Positions 29,637-45,610 of a stretch of 64,000 nucleotides of DNA are shown piece by piece; the stretch's first letter is position 1; every line of letters begins with the position of its first letter. The DNA lies in contig CM022674.1 of assembly GCA_012295275.1 (NCBI GenBank), positions 11,904,001 through 11,968,000 of the forward strand. The letters run 5' to 3'. Source of the DNA: Chrysomallon squamiferum (lineage: Eukaryota; Animalia; Mollusca). Under the pieces are notes generated by a model. That model saw only the letters and a list, made by a program, of their open reading frames with translations. It searched no databases and was not told the origin of the DNA. Position numbers and translations under genes: made by a program.

Positions 29637-30287
29637 ATCCATATTTTCAATACAATGGCAATATGCGACGCGTGATCCGGAATAGAAATATAATTTATTT
29701 TATTGCCAAGAACAAATACATTAAACGAAACCAGTCGTTAAATTTTAGCTGCACCGTACAGCATCAACTTTTGTGAACGATCTCTTTAAACTACAAACGC
29801 CCTGCAATATAAAATTAATAACCATACAACAAACCAGTGAACCGTATCGAACAAGTCCTTGGTCGGTGCTCCGCACAGCAGGGAGGAGATTACGCTTTAA
29901 GTTCATTCATATGCTATTTTTAGCAACGTGCGTAAGACGAAGCTGAAGAAGTCGTGACGTGACAAACTGAAATCAGCGTATTACTTGAACATTTTTTTTT
30001 TTTTTTTTTTTGACTTGTGACACTTCGGAGTGATTCATCTGACATTTCATTTCTCCAGGCTGAGAGTCTAACAATTTTTGTGACGAATATTAAACTTAAG
30101 GCGATGAATGGATCAATTTCTTTGAAGAGTGGTCAGCAAATTTGAACGTTATCTGGTGTCAGATATTTAATATTTTAATTAGTTTTCGGTGTATAAAAAA
30201 ATATATATCCACTGCCATTAAACTAGCTAACTCTGAAGAAATGAAGGCGTAAGACTGAAAGGCAGACCTAACCATATATAGATAAAT

Positions 30288-30379
<92 letters not shown>

Positions 30380-30645
30380 AATAATACACAGACAACAGCT
30401 AGACAGACAGATCGACATGGGAGAGACAAAATGAATATAAGAAATTATCATATTTATAACTTATAATCTTAACATAAAGCTTACAATGTGCATTCAGTAC
30501 ACGTCTGTGACCTTTGACCTGCTGAATATGAATTAAACTTTTCAAAAGGACGTTACTCTAAACTTTAACAGCAGGAGTCGGTTCCCATGACAACGAAGAG
30601 TCTTTAAAGATGTTCATAAAAGTACGAAACATTTCACAAAGCAAT

Positions 30646-30783
30646 AAATAAATTATTGTTACATTTCTAAATAAATTATTGTTACATTTCTAAATAAATT
30701 ATTGTTACACTTCTAAATAAATTATTTTTCATTTATAAATTAATTATTGTTACATTTATAAATAAATTATTGTTACACTTCTA
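30646..30783. repeat. 23-bp AT-rich minisatellite, ~6 copies
   Basis: Unit taaataaattattgttacatttc. Confidence 0.9.
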
Positions 30784-31146
30784 AGTTAACCAAATACCGA
30801 AAGAGAAAAATTAAACAGCTAAAAGACGAAAAAAGAAAAATAAAGAGAAAGAAGGAGAAATAGAATAGATACAAATGTTTACAGAAACAGCAAAGTATAT
30901 GGCACCATTTTAAACTATCAGAACATTACAGAACAGTTACAGAAAGGACAAATATTTCAATATTGAAGAATTGCTCTGCGGTGGAGAATTGACCCTGCAA
31001 CTTCTTAAATGAGTGTCGTACATTACGCCACCGCCTTCAATCAGATTATTTTCTGAATAATGTCAAATATTTTGGAAGTTGTAGAAGTACGCTTAGCCTG
31101 GCCACACTATTTGTGAACAAAACAGTGTGTGATAATGTTTTAGATG

Positions 31147-31237
<91 letters not shown>

Positions 31238-31374
31238 CACTGACATAAATAGACATAGAGACAGGGAGAAAGACAGAGACAAAGAGAGAGAAAAAGCGAG
31301 ACAGATAGAAAGAGACATATGATTAGTTACAATGAATATTTCACATTTTACCACTAGTTCCACATATGAGTTTG

Positions 31375-31440
31375 ATAACGAGATTCGAACCTTGAACCCA
31401 CCAACAGTGACTCCAATGACCTAACTACAGCAGCACGAGA
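31375..31440 (-). mobile_element. Degenerate tRNA-derived SINE head
   Basis: The reverse strand reads GGTTCGAATCTC (Pol III B box), preceded by the A-box-like GTAGTTAGG; no complete cloverleaf. Confidence 0.4.
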
Positions 31441-31709
31441 CAGGTCTACTGAATGAAAACGGTGACGTCTTAAAATAGATTATTTATCTTGTTTTGTTTT
31501 TATTAATGGTTCAAGGTAATTCAGTGTTCTATCTTTGGAGACAAATATTGCGTGTTGTGTATATATATCTGTTTATTTTTGTACAGTAACAACATAGATA
31601 ATGTGTGTGATGTGTGCAGTTTAATCTTCATAACAAGATTATTATGATTATGTTTTCACCTACTGTCTGAGTATAAAGTATATCAGTGTATCAATACATA
31701 TTTACAGCC

Positions 31710-31745
<36 letters not shown>

Positions 31746-31782
31746 TATGTATATGCGTGAGTATGTATGCACATGTATTTAC

Positions 31783-31826
<44 letters not shown>

Positions 31827-34085
31827 TTGTATATTTGTAAGAATGTATATGCATAGGTAGGTGTATAGATAGGTGTATGTGTATTTGTATATGTTTGTGT
31901 ATATGTATGTACGTGTATACCCATTAAGTATGTATGCGTGTGTATGTATGTCATGTTACGTTTTATATTAGTTATCGCTGAAAGACAATTAACAAAGGAG
32001 AGAATGAAACTCGAATAGCATTGTCTACTGATAACATTTCACTTCATTTTACGTCGTATTACATTTTACATCGTATAACGACGCATTCAGACTGCAAGAT
32101 TTATTGAAAACGTTTTTACTATGGAGGGACTGTTTCCGAACATTACTGATAATTCTATTTAACTGAGATAAAAATGTTATTATTATTATTAATAGCAGTG
32201 GCAATAGTAGTAGTAGTAGTAGTAACATTACTAGTTGTAGTAATAATAGTAGTAATAGAAGTAGTAGTAGTAGTAGTAATAGTACTAGTTGTAGTAATAA
32301 TAGTAGTAGTAGAAGTAGTTGTGATAGCAGTAACAAGATATTAAATGTTAAATGACTTTATAATTCAGAGATACATTTATATACACATACACATACATTT
32401 ATATACACATACACATACATTTATATACACATACACATACATTTATATGCGCATAAAGAACATGCGTACTAATTTTATTTATAATTTATAATGAATCTCT
32501 GTTAAATTATATTAATTTATTTTATTTACATTTAGTTACTTTTAGTTGCAGTTTTACAAAATTGAAATCAAATCAGCTTATAAAAGAGTTGACTAATAAA
32601 ACCAGACACAGAACTGAATAGATGAAAGATAAGACAAAGAATGGGTGAAAGAAAACTAAATTGAGAAAGATAAATAAAAAAGATAAAAGTAAAAACAATA
32701 AAAAAAATAAAAATAAAAAACAAATGAATGAATAAAGAGATTGGATACAAAGTTTACAAAGAAAATAAATAAACACTTACAAAGATAAAAGAAGAAAGAA
32801 ACTGTCAAAGTTACTGTTGTAATTATAACTCGATTCACATCACTTAACCTCGTGAACTTCACAGTAAGATCATAAATGACTTATCATATTTATTATGATA
32901 AAATTCTCACTGAATCATATATTATTATTAACTTACAAACCAACCTGCACACTGTCATATTAAACAAAAAACTAAACGTGTTTTTGTACTTACCTAAGTC
33001 TATGCAAAACTCTAAAGAAACTTCAGTTATAAAATCATTTACTGCAGTTCCAAGGCTAAGTAATTAAGTTTAAGAGTTTTGTTTGACTAAATGTTATCAT
33101 TTTGTGAAGATGGATACAGGTATGTATATATACACCTAGCGATGCAACGTAATCAAAAGATAGAGGCGCGTCTATTGACATTAGTCGAGCCCTGACATAG
33201 CCTGGGTGAAAACGTCACTGATACCGCTTGGTTACAGGGAGGTTTGAACAAGGCTATACATGGATTTGAAAACGGCGTTATGTGATGAAACGTGTATCGA
33301 GTGACGCTAGTTTTAGTTTTCAAAGTTTAATAACTGTGAGGGTGACTTTATGTCTGCTCTTCTGTCTCTGCCTCTGTCTGTCTGTCTGTCTGTCCCTGAC
33401 TGTCTGTCTGTCTCTGTCCCTGTCTGTCTGTCTGTCTCTGTCTGTCTGTCTGTCTGTCCCTGTCTGTCTGTCTGTCTCTGTCTCTGTCTGTCTCTGTCTC
33501 TGTCTCTGGCTGTTTCTCAGACACACACACTGTTACTCTCACACATATTTACTCGTTAACTTACCCTCTCTCGCTCTTTCTCTCATTCTCTCTTACATTC
33601 TCTCACTCTATTTGTCTTTCTCTCTCTCTTGGTCTGCCTCATTTTCTCTAACTCTTCATCTTTGTGTCTGTATGGTTAAGTTTGCATGCTAATTAATATA
33701 GTAATCAATGTGGTGACTCGTAAAACAGTGCAGTATAATATTGACAACAAAATTAACTTGGACTGAACAAGTAAGTAACACAGCACACAGGCCTCCAGGC
33801 AGAACTAAACAAACGAGTGAATAGTAAGACCCCCCAGCCCTAAATTTATTTATAAGCCGGCTTTAAAAATGAGATTGTGTTAACAGATAATGTTTGACAG
33901 AAAACTGCAAGGCACATTCTACAAGGAAAAATCTTTAGGCTACGGACTATCATGGATTTCATCAATAATATTTAATTCAAGGATAAACTTCATGTCTTTT
34001 CATGAACTAATGTTACATGAGATAGTTTTCGTAGTAACAGTCATTTTAGAGTTTAGTTTTAGAGGTAATTTTAGAGCTTAGTTCT

Positions 34086-34119
<34 letters not shown>

Positions 34120-34896
34120 ACGACAACAAACAAAGTATTTAAATAATGATTTGGTGATCACGATAAATAAATAAATAAATAAGAATTACAGTGACAGTAT
34201 CTATTTCCTTGTTTCTATTTTTCTTTCTCTTCTTCCTCTGTATCTGCCAGCTTGTCTGTCTGTCTTTGTGTCTGTTTGTCTGTCCTACCACACATCTGCC
34301 TCTCCCCTCGTTTTTGTCACGTTCTCTTTCTCACTTCCTCCCCGCACACGACTATTTTTCTGTCATATTTAATCTAGTCTGTGCTAAATTTTACTTCATT
34401 TACACTATAAAAATTACACCCAATAGAGTTTAAATCCAGTGTAAGCAATCAGCGACATTAAGATCAAAATTTTATTACTACAAACTTACATTTTATCTGT
34501 TTTTCATGACGCTTTTTCTTACAGCTGACAAAGAGAACCGTTTCGAATTACCCAGCAGTAACAAAGTGACAGCAAAACTGCCTCTTTTCGCAGTTAAACA
34601 ACTGACACAATAATTCAAATGTTTATACACGAACCAGGTAACGCTGCGAAATCGATTCAGATAAAAATTAAGTTGTTGTGTCGGAAGTAAATAGTATTTA
34701 TTTTTTCTTGTTGTTGATCAGAGTTTAGCTAAGCCAATGCTGGTTTGTATAGAAGACAGTTTTTGTTCTGAGGTGTGTGTTTGTAATAGGTGATATAATT
34801 CTAATAGTTTTTTTTGTAATTTATCATAAACTGAGTTTTAAGATATGATGTATTTTTTTTTTTTTTATGTCAAAGCATTTGCACGTGTGTGCGTTT

Positions 34897-35085
34897 CTCT
34901 CTCTCTTTCTCAGTTTTTCTTTTTATGTCTTTTGTGTCACTCGCTTTTTCCCTTTGTCTCTCTCTTTCTCAGTTTTTCTTTTTATGTCTTTTGTGTCACT
35001 CTCTTTTTCCCTTTGTCTCTCTCTTTCTCAGTTTTTCTTTTTATGTCTTTTGTGTCACTCTCTTTTTCCCTTTGTCTCTCTCTTT
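34897..35085. repeat. 59-bp tandem repeat, ~3 copies
   Basis: cagtttttctttttatgtcttttgtgtcactc... recurs at 34911, 34970 and 35029. Confidence 0.9.
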
Positions 35086-35211
35086 CTGTGTCTCTCTCTT
35101 TCTGTGTCTCTCTCTTTCTGTGTCTCGTTATCTTAGCCTCTCTGTCTTTTTCTGACTCTAACAGATTCGTCCGCTTTTCTTTTTCTGTCTTCTGTATCGT
35201 TTTCTCAGTCA

Positions 35212-35611
<400 letters not shown>

Positions 35612-36671
35612 TCACTCGCAGGTTCTCCCACCGCACTGATCAAAATCTGTTGTATTTCACTGTAGATGATAAGGTGCACACTGCATACCACTTGTCGCTA
35701 ATAAACAAGTTGAGCAATCGATTTGGCGGTAGCGGATTTCCTTTCTCTTATCTTTAAACACATAATCATAAATAACAACAGTTCGTGCAAATACGTTCAA
35801 GCGTTATCGGCTATTATTTCCTTTATTCATTTATTTATTCAGTATATTCTTTTGTCGTTATTTCTTTTAATCAGTCATTCATTCTTTCATTTATCCATTC
35901 ATTCAGTCATTTATTTATCTGTTCATTTCTTTATTTATTCTTTCGTTTCACCTTATACTTTACTTCAGTCGTAGGTTCGTTCATTCATTTATTCATTCAT
36001 TCATTCGTTCAAACATATATTTATTCATTCATTCATTTAATTATTCGTTCGGTTCTTTTATTCATTCATTAATTTATAAATTCGTTCTTTAACAAATTCA
36101 TTCATCCATCCATCCGTTTATTCATTCATTCATTCATTCATTCATTCGACCTTGCATCCATTCATCGATGTACCTCTACGGGTATATTAAAAGTTTAAGG
36201 ACAGAACTACCGGAAAACTGTCAGATGACAAAAGCTGACAGGAATAGCGTTGATTGTGGCAAGCTCACTTTACCTGTATGACGTCACTCTACCTAACTCG
36301 GAATTGTAATGGTCACGGATAAAGGGGAAGTGCCTACAGGTAGGAGTACCGTGACCGCACAGGTAAAGGAGTGACCTGATACAGGAATAATACAGGAAAT
36401 AATAGCTATCACGCAACAACGCAAAATTTGCATTGTTTGAAAGTGATACGTGCCTAGCGGATGTTAAAGCAGTTATTTATAGTTATTCTTAATTAATTAA
36501 TTAATTTTTTGATTTACTTACTCTTTTTTTTTCTAAATTATTCTAATTATATATACATATTTGTATGTAATATATTTTTAGAACAAAAATTCATGAAATT
36601 TTTAGATGTATTTGTTTAACCTTTTATTTGTTCATTTTAGTTAGTTGTTGTTTTTGTTTTTGTTGTTGTTG

Positions 36672-36724
<53 letters not shown>

Positions 36725-37910
36725 GTTATTATTATGTTCATCGTAATCATCACTGCCATTATTATTATTATTATTGTTATTGTTATTTTGGTTACTACTG
36801 TTAAATAATGTTACTGTTTTCTTTTTTCTTTCCTTCATATATATTTTTTTCATTTGAAGTATTCTGACATTACTGAAGTCTACCAACTACTGCATCTGTT
36901 TTTCGTTGTTGTTTTCTTCTCAGTCTGTTTATGTATATTTGGTGGGTCTGAAATATTTATAAAAAAATAAATGTTCTGAAGAGCAGAAGATTAATAAGCT
37001 CTATACATAAATAAAATATTAAGAAAAAAAACAATGTTTTATGGTTCATGAATACGTTTTTAAATAATTTTATGAAGTAATTGAGTATACATATAAAAAA
37101 TAAAATTAAATGAAGAATGGTTATAATAAAATGAAACGATATAAAATAATAAATGTATAGAAAATAATCGAATATAATAATAATAATAATAATAAAATAA
37201 AAAAAATAACTCTTAAATAATAGAACATGTTGAAATAATGAAGAAGATCATTATTTTAAGCAGAATTCAACACGTTTTTATCTTAAAGTTAAATTTAATA
37301 GATTTTTTTGTAATGATATTTTTAGAGACGATTAACAAAAAGTTTAAAAAGTTTTATCTGTGACTAGCGATATCATTGTCTGAATCAAGAGTAAGTAGGA
37401 ATAAATAGTACACATACGTACGTACATATACACACACACACACATACACACATACACATATAAACATATATTGGCATATTGGCATATACATACACCCATA
37501 CATATACATATATACACACATACATGCATATGTTCATAACTACATACACACACATGCATACATACATACAAACATATTTACATACACACCTACACACATT
37601 CATTCATACATATATACATATATACATACATGCATGCATGCATGCATACATACATACATGCAAACACATACACACATGTATACAAAATGTGTTCATACAT
37701 ATATACCTTCGTACATACATACATACATATATATGTACATACACAGATGCATACATATGTACACAGATGCAAACACATACATATACATACATAAATAAAT
37801 AAATATCATTACAAAACACACATATATACATACATAAATAAATACTTACACATATCATGCATACAAACACACATACATACATACATACACAGAAACATAC
37901 ATACATAAGC

Positions 37911-37993
37911 TGTCTCGGTAGCCGAACGGTAACATAGTTCGACTTCGGGGTGCGGGCGAATGGGTGTCATACGTTCGAGTCTCGTCAGCGGCA
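37911..37993 (+). mobile_element. tRNA-derived SINE head or pseudo-tRNA
   Basis: A-box-like GGTAGCCGAACGGT and B-box-like GTTCGAGTCTC at tRNA-like spacing; stems are imperfect. Confidence 0.5.
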
Positions 37994-38875
37994 TCTGACG
38001 GGTTTGTGATGTCGTGATTGGACTTTGTCCTCCTGTGTCACTGCGTTCCTGAATATTGTCTGTGTGCAGAGCCTATTCAGACGTACGTGATACAGAGGAC
38101 ATACACACACACACACACACACAAACACATGGAAAGTTCATGAAGTACGTAAACAAATATATAAATGAAAGAACAATTTTCATTGTTACCAATCCTAACT
38201 AATAATTTTAGCAAAGTTAATCAAAACTTCTCACATATCAAAGAGACTACGAGAGCAACACCTACCCTTGTTTTATTTATTTTTACAGTTGATGACGTCA
38301 ATGCACGTGAAGTTCTGTTTACATATGTCACCTTTCAATCACTGTTATTAACATCCGACCCGCCCTAAGGAAAACGGTTATGGAACGCCCCAGAGCTTTA
38401 TTTTATTTTATTTTATTTTATTTTATTTTATTTTATTTTATTTTATAATTATTGTTCATTTTTTTGTTGTGAAAAATAAAAGAAATTATTGCTTCTTTTC
38501 TACTGAGTTGTGGCCATAATCAAACAGGAAATTGTGAAGTTTACACATTTGTTTGCCCTCGAGTAGTAATTTCACATTTCCTGGATAACGGGAAGAGATG
38601 TTCAATCGATTTTTGATCACGCACCATTACTGACCTTCACAGTCAGGTAAAAAAAATTATTTAAAAATCAAAAAAAAAAAAAATCGTTTAGACACGTTTC
38701 ACAAACTAGAAATGATGACGGAGAAGAAGACTATAAAATCAAAACTGTTTACAGTGAATAATCTTTTTCTTTCTTTTCTGTCTTTTTCTTACTTTTTCTT
38801 TATCATGTTCATCGTCACATAATGCTTTGCTTCTTCCTCTGAGAGAATGAGAGACTGAGAGAGAGAGAAACAGAG

Positions 38876-39080
<205 letters not shown>

Positions 39081-40150
39081 TATCCCATCCATAACAATAC
39101 AGTGACAGTCATCATTATTTTAAATATATCACCGATTCTATACATGAAACACTTCGAAAAAGCTCAATTTCTTTTAATTCTTCTTTTTAACTGTCAACTT
39201 TTTGGGATCCTTTTTTACGGTCTTCAATCTTAGTAAAGGCTTAATGGACCTATAAAGTTGCTAAATATAAAGTTTATTGCAAGAATAAGTGTAAAATCAA
39301 CTGACTACGTGACTAACTCTCAACATGCAGATTTTAAAATAATTTTATTTTCAGTGATCATGAGATTTATATCATGTCATTATGTGTGTGTCTTTTTGTG
39401 TGTGTGTGTGTGTGTATGCATCTATGTATGTATGTATGTATATATATTTAACATTTAACAAGAGCATAGCCAGAAACTAACTTAGAAAGACACACATGAA
39501 TATATATGCGTATTTTGTTCTCTCTGTCTGTTCTTCTGTTTATGTCTGTGTATTTGTCTGTCTTTAGTTCTTGCTCTATCTCTCTACTTGTCTATCTGTA
39601 CAGTAAAATAAATAAATAAATAAATAAATAATATTATGAAAATAAGTTTTTGTTTAATGCATGTAACTAATGAAAGTTATACAATCCCTCCCTTCTCTCT
39701 TTTCATAAAGATTCTATATGATTTATTTTGTATATTAATGACGACAAATGTATTCTGTGTGCTAACTGGGTGTTTCATAAACACGTTATAATTTATGTTT
39801 TACCAATGTAAGACGTCATTATGTCACATTCTATGTTCATTTTATTCGCTATGAAGACACGTTATAACAATATAATATAATTGTGAGTATCAAATTACGT
39901 ATATGTCATTAATATACTGTCAAAGTGAGTGTGATTGTGTTTGAGAGAGGGAGAGAGACAGAGAGATATATTATAATGTTACAAATCTCTCTCTTTGTCT
40001 GTGTCTCTGTGTCTGTCCGTGTCTGTCTCTTTCTCTGTCTATCTGTTTGTCAGTCTTTGTCTCTCGCTTTCTGAATCTCTCTCTCTAATCTCTCTCTCTC
40101 TTTCTCTTTCTCTCTGTCTGTCTGTCTGTCTCTCTGTCTCTGCCTGACTT

Positions 40151-40183
<33 letters not shown>

Positions 40184-40184
40184 A

Positions 40185-40216
<32 letters not shown>

Positions 40217-40818
40217 CATACATACATGCATACATACATAAAGAGAACGAGCCAGGGTGTATCTATATTTAAGTGAAAGTAAGTAAGTGTTTTTGAGAGT
40301 GTAGATAACTGTGTACTGTGTTAATTATTGGTAGTGAAGCTCTCTGTTTGTAAGTGTACATAACTATGTGCTCATGTGCCTCGGTTCCAGCACTTGCAGT
40401 GTCTGTGCATTTGTGTATGTATATTTATGTTTATATATGTGTATGTACATGCATAGATGAATTAGTGTCTGCAAACGTATATGTGTGTCAGTTTAGGTAC
40501 CAGCATATGTAACAAAAGGATAGTTTGATCACATATTTGTGTATATATATTTTTATGTTTGCGTGTTGCCAATTTCTGTTTATGTGTGTATCTGTAATTA
40601 ACATACTGCCGTGCGTGTATGTGTTTATGTGTGTAACCTACATGTCTACGTATTTTCTGCAATTTGAACAGTTATTAAGGAAAATAACAAACAAACAAGA
40701 CAACTGATTTATCTACTTTAAAGTCTTTGTTTGCTTTTTTCTTGTTAAAAGTTCATTTGCATCAGTTATTATTAAGAAACGTTTCTTAATATATTCTGTT
40801 ATTATTATTATTATTATT

Positions 40819-40861
<43 letters not shown>

Positions 40862-41245
40862 ACATCATCATCATAATTATTTAAACGTTGAAATGTTAGG
40901 CAAAATATGAATGTTTTTTTTTAAATTAAAATATTGAGTAAGGGAGATAACTTGTGGGACATTTATAATTTTCAAATATAGCGGTTACGTCCCCGATATT
41001 TATATTTTATAAATTAATTTTCTTTACAACAATGATTAATTATTTAAATTGTTTTTCATTATCATACTGTAGATATTTCGAGAGAGGTTTCCACATTGTC
41101 TTTATGATTGAGAGAACTGGACACTCTGAATAAGACAGACGGATGGATCGACAGAGAGAGAGACAGCCAGAAAGACAGACAGATAATAGATAGGTGGATA
41201 ATCCACTAAATGATAGAGAAACAGAAAGATGCATTTCCTCTAAAT

Positions 41246-42402
41246 CAGTGGTTCCCAACCATTTTAGTACCACGCCCCACTTTTTTATCACAATTATTTC
41301 ATGTCCCCCACCCGTTAATTATTTAGTATGATATAACAATATCAGTTAATTGTTTAGTATGATATAACAATATCAGTTTTGAAGGAGTATAACATAAACA
41401 AATTGTATCTTTCAAATAAAACTAGAGGGTTTAACTTCAAATTTAATCAAATAAAATCCATTTTATATTGTGTATAACATATCTACCATCAGATTAAATA
41501 AATTCAATTACAATCAATTAATGAGACCCTTGAGCCTGATCTCTACGGCAAAGAGATTTTATCCGAGGCAGAAAAATTGTTAATTTCAATCTCGTCGCCT
41601 CGTTTAGTGATATTCAGTCGGTTTCTTTTCTTCAGTAATGTCATTCACAGCACTAAATCCACATTTCACTAAGTATGACGATGGGAATGGTAACAGTAGT
41701 TTTCTTGCCAAACTACTTGTATTTGGATATTTAGCTTGTGTTTCTTCACAGAGCCATATCATTGTTCCTTTTATTTTGAACAGGGCTTTAATCGAGTCAT
41801 CATTTTGTAATTCTGAAAGTTCTCCTTGATACTCCATGGTTACATCTGACAGATCCACTAGCAATGGCTGAGTCATCCAAGATGGATAATTAATTTCTTT
41901 CAAATCAGAAAATCTGAAATTTAAATCGCTTACCATTATTTTTAAGTGCTCCACAATAACAAGACATGTTACCTCACATTTATTCAGCCAATAACATTGT
42001 TAAATTTTTTTTACAGAAATATTTTCTTGGGATAATTCCAGAAATGATATAAAGCCAAATATCTTGGCCTTTGAATTAAAAAGAGTTATATTTGTTCCTT
42101 GGAGCTCCTTATTTAAGACATTGATTTTTTCAAATATATCTACTATATTCAAGTCGGAAGCCACGCATATAGCTGGTGCCAGCTGCACGATGACATTAGT
42201 GGGTGAACACTTGACTAGATTGCACAAGCTGTTGTGCTCAGCTAGGCTGTAATTACAATTTTACCCTATAAATTTATAATTTTTACCCATACAGGGTAAA
42301 ATTAAATACAAATGTTGATATTACTATATTTTTCATATTGCCCTCCCTATTATTATTGAACTGCCCCCCAGTGGGGCGTAGGCCCCACGTTGGGAATCAC
42401 TG
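41246..42402 (-). mobile_element. Internally deleted hAT DNA transposon (Buster/Charlie-type), 1157 bp
   Basis: TIRs CAGTGGTTCCCAAC (41246-41259) and GTTGGGAATCACTG (42389-42402) match 13/14. 8-bp TSDs CTCTAAAT / CTCTAAAG have the central TA of the Buster family. Transposase C-terminal remnant inside. Confidence 0.92.
41518..42150 (-). pseudogene. Frameshifted hAT transposase C-terminal fragment (dimerization domain; ZBED5/SCAND3/FAM200-like)
   Basis: DIFEKINVLNKELQG, HLKIMVSDLNFRFSDL..PSWMTQP, KYPNTSSLARKLLLPFPSSYLVKCGFSAV and terminal AQGSH*, spread over several frames. Confidence 0.9.
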
Positions 42403-43080
42403 CTCTAAAGTAACTAGTAAAAAAAAAAAAAAAAAAAAAAATTGCACTTCTTGTTTTCAGTTGCCTCTGTCTGTTTCATCACAGGCTCTTTTTGCCTTTT
42501 TCTGATTTTTTTTTTTTTTTTTTTGACCTTCATTTTTCTTTCGTTCTCTCTCGTTTGTACTTTTTTTTTTTTCCTTTTTTTTTTTTCTTCTTCACTTTTG
42601 GAACACATCGTCTCGGACATAATTAGACACGGTTTTGGAAATTTACGTTTTCCCTGTTGTAAATTTTTCACTGTAATTAATTTGTAAAGACGCGGGGATC
42701 ACCTGGAATCTCGTCAGTGACGTCATACACGTTTTTCTTCCTCGTTCGGTAATTGCATCATTTATTTTCTTGCTATCTTCTGCCAGAGCGATTTTTTTTT
42801 GTTTTTTTGTTTTTTTCAATTTAATTTTTTTTTATTTTGACTGTGTCTTCTTTCAGTAGTTTAAATCATTCCATGATATCTCTGACTTTAGACACAATAT
42901 TTTGCTAATACACTACTTAGGGTTGGTGTTTCGAATGATACGCTTATATCAAATACCCGCACACACTCGCACACGCACAAACGCACAAACGCACGCAGAT
43001 ATCTGGGTTTTCTAATCTCAGTTTTTTCTATATATTTATCTACATATATTTTATCTACATATATTTTACTACTCTATCAT

Positions 43081-43181
<101 letters not shown>

Positions 43182-43862
43182 GTAAATGCTAGTGCGAGGT
43201 AACTAAAGTTATTACGGATTAAATAGTTGATTAGATTGTTATAAATAACCCGATATAATTTTTCTTTAATTTTTTCGTAATGTTACTTTCATACTTTTGA
43301 AGCAACAAATATAAAATAGTGATATAAACCATTATTTAAGAGGAAAATAACGAGTATTATTAATAAATGAATTAACAATAGAAAAAAACAATTAAAAACA
43401 ATAAACAATAGTACAAAAGGCGTTCAGCACAATTAAACAACCAGCAACCAAAATTAAAAAATAAAAAACAAACAAAAGAAGAAAGACGTAGGCGTATACC
43501 AATACAACTGTATGTCAGTTAGCAAGATTCATAGGATAAAATCTGAATATTTCAATGCATTAAAAAAGTGAACGGCATCAATCTCCATCGAGTCACGTTT
43601 GTTCACGAAATCTCGCAATCTCTCGGGACACTTAGACTGGTATTTGATTGTTGTGGAGCGACACATTAGTGATGCACGCCAGTCAACTGCTGTGTTTCCC
43701 TTAGTCTCTCTGTGTTTCTGCATCTCTGTTTAATTGGAACCGAGTCCCTGAATGACCATCAACGCTTTAGCGATAATCCTAAACGCTCCAAAGAGAAATA
43801 ATTACAACTCATTTGTCTACGATTGTTCGGGAAGTAAGTAATTTCTTTTATCAAGTAGACGC

Positions 43863-43973
<111 letters not shown>

Positions 43974-44908
43974 AATTAACAATAATACAAAAGAAAATAA
44001 CAAAACAACATGAGTGAATAAAAAAGAAAAACATCGAAACAAATCCATTTTCGTTTCTTCAGATGTATGAAAATCTATATGTATTAAATGAAAATACTAG
44101 AAGTGATGATGCATCATAGGATAACTACGACTACACCATCATCACCGCTCTACTGCTGCTACTGTTATTACTCCTACTACCACTATTACCACTAGAACTA
44201 CTATTACTACTACTAACATATTCTGTTACTACCACTAATACTCTTATTGCTATTATTACTACTACTTACTATTACTACTAGTACTACCACTATTACTACT
44301 ACTATTTAGTATTACTACTAGTACTACTACTACTACTACTACTACTACATTCTATTACTACCACTGATGCTGTTAATGCTATTACTACTACTATTACATT
44401 TACTGTTACTGTTACTACTACGCTACTACTACACCAGCACCATCATTATCGCTATCATTAACATCTTATTACTTTTATGACTATCTCTGTTTTTGCGGCT
44501 ACTGTTATTTTTATACTTCTACTAAAACATAAACCCACATCACGTACAAAGGCAAACAATTAATGCAAAGACTATTACATTCACGTGTGCAAACACGTAT
44601 GTGAATAAATACACATATACACTTTGGTACATACAGACATACAAACACACAGATGTAAATATAAAAGTGCTCACACATAAATTTACCTATATGAACCAGG
44701 TGTTTTAAAGAAAAGATTGTTTAAAAGAAGAAGGAAAAAATGGGGATACACACTTTCCCTGTGAGAGGAACTTCACGTCAGATAACACATGGTGTCATTA
44801 CATGGTGATTAATTGACGTATCCTCATAATATGTCACTGTTCTCTCATCTCAGACATTTAATTTGACCTGATTTTTAAAAATCGCCAGTTTGTGTTTGTG
44901 TGTGTGTC

Positions 44909-45036
<128 letters not shown>

Positions 45037-45441
45037 CAAAGTGAGAGAGAGACAGACAGAGAGACAGAGAAACAGAGAGATTCGTTGAATGAAAAAAGAC
45101 AAATATTCACTAAACAGACAGAAAGAGGGAGATATATTGACTGAAAAAGAGAGAGACCGAAAACATGTTTGATAGAGAGAAAGAGTGAGACAGAACGACG
45201 AAAGAGAGCGCAAGAAAGAGAAAAAACATTTCTTCTCAAATTTAAAGAGGGGATATAGCAGTAAATGGACTGATATCTATCTATATATATATAATATATA
45301 AGCCATAATGTTATCCGTGTACGCTGCGTACTATATGCATATATAGATTTTTTTTTTTTTTTTTGCTGGCAATATTAAAAGAAATTAGAAAATAGGTCCG
45401 CTATGTATCTGATGACGTCACGGGTATGGGAAAATGGCGGT

Positions 45442-45610
45442 GTGTGGTACCTTGACTTACGAGTTTATTTCGTTCCGTGACCGAGCTCGTAACTTAATTT
45501 GCACGTAACTCGGATTTTGGCTCGCAACTCAAAGCAAAACCTCGACAGGACGGCTGCTCGTAACTCGCAAAACACATCAGCTGGAGCACTCGTAACTCGA
45601 ATTACCACTG
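45442..45610. mobile_element. pogo/Tigger-like MITE (~170 bp)
   Basis: Imperfect ~23-bp TIRs: left (gt)GTGGTACCTTGACTTACGAGT; right reverse complement CAGTGGTAATTCGAGTTACGAGT, followed by TA. Internal CTCGTAACT repeats. The left terminus is damaged. Confidence 0.65.

Noticed and set aside
30059-30155. Good acceptor (tttctccag) followed by a short open frame
   Set aside because: The phase-0 frame stops before a usable donor, and no linked exons or promoter were found.
37911-37993. Possible functional tRNA gene
   Set aside because: A and B boxes are present but stems are broken and no clear anticodon arm or poly-T terminator is seen; treated as a SINE relic.
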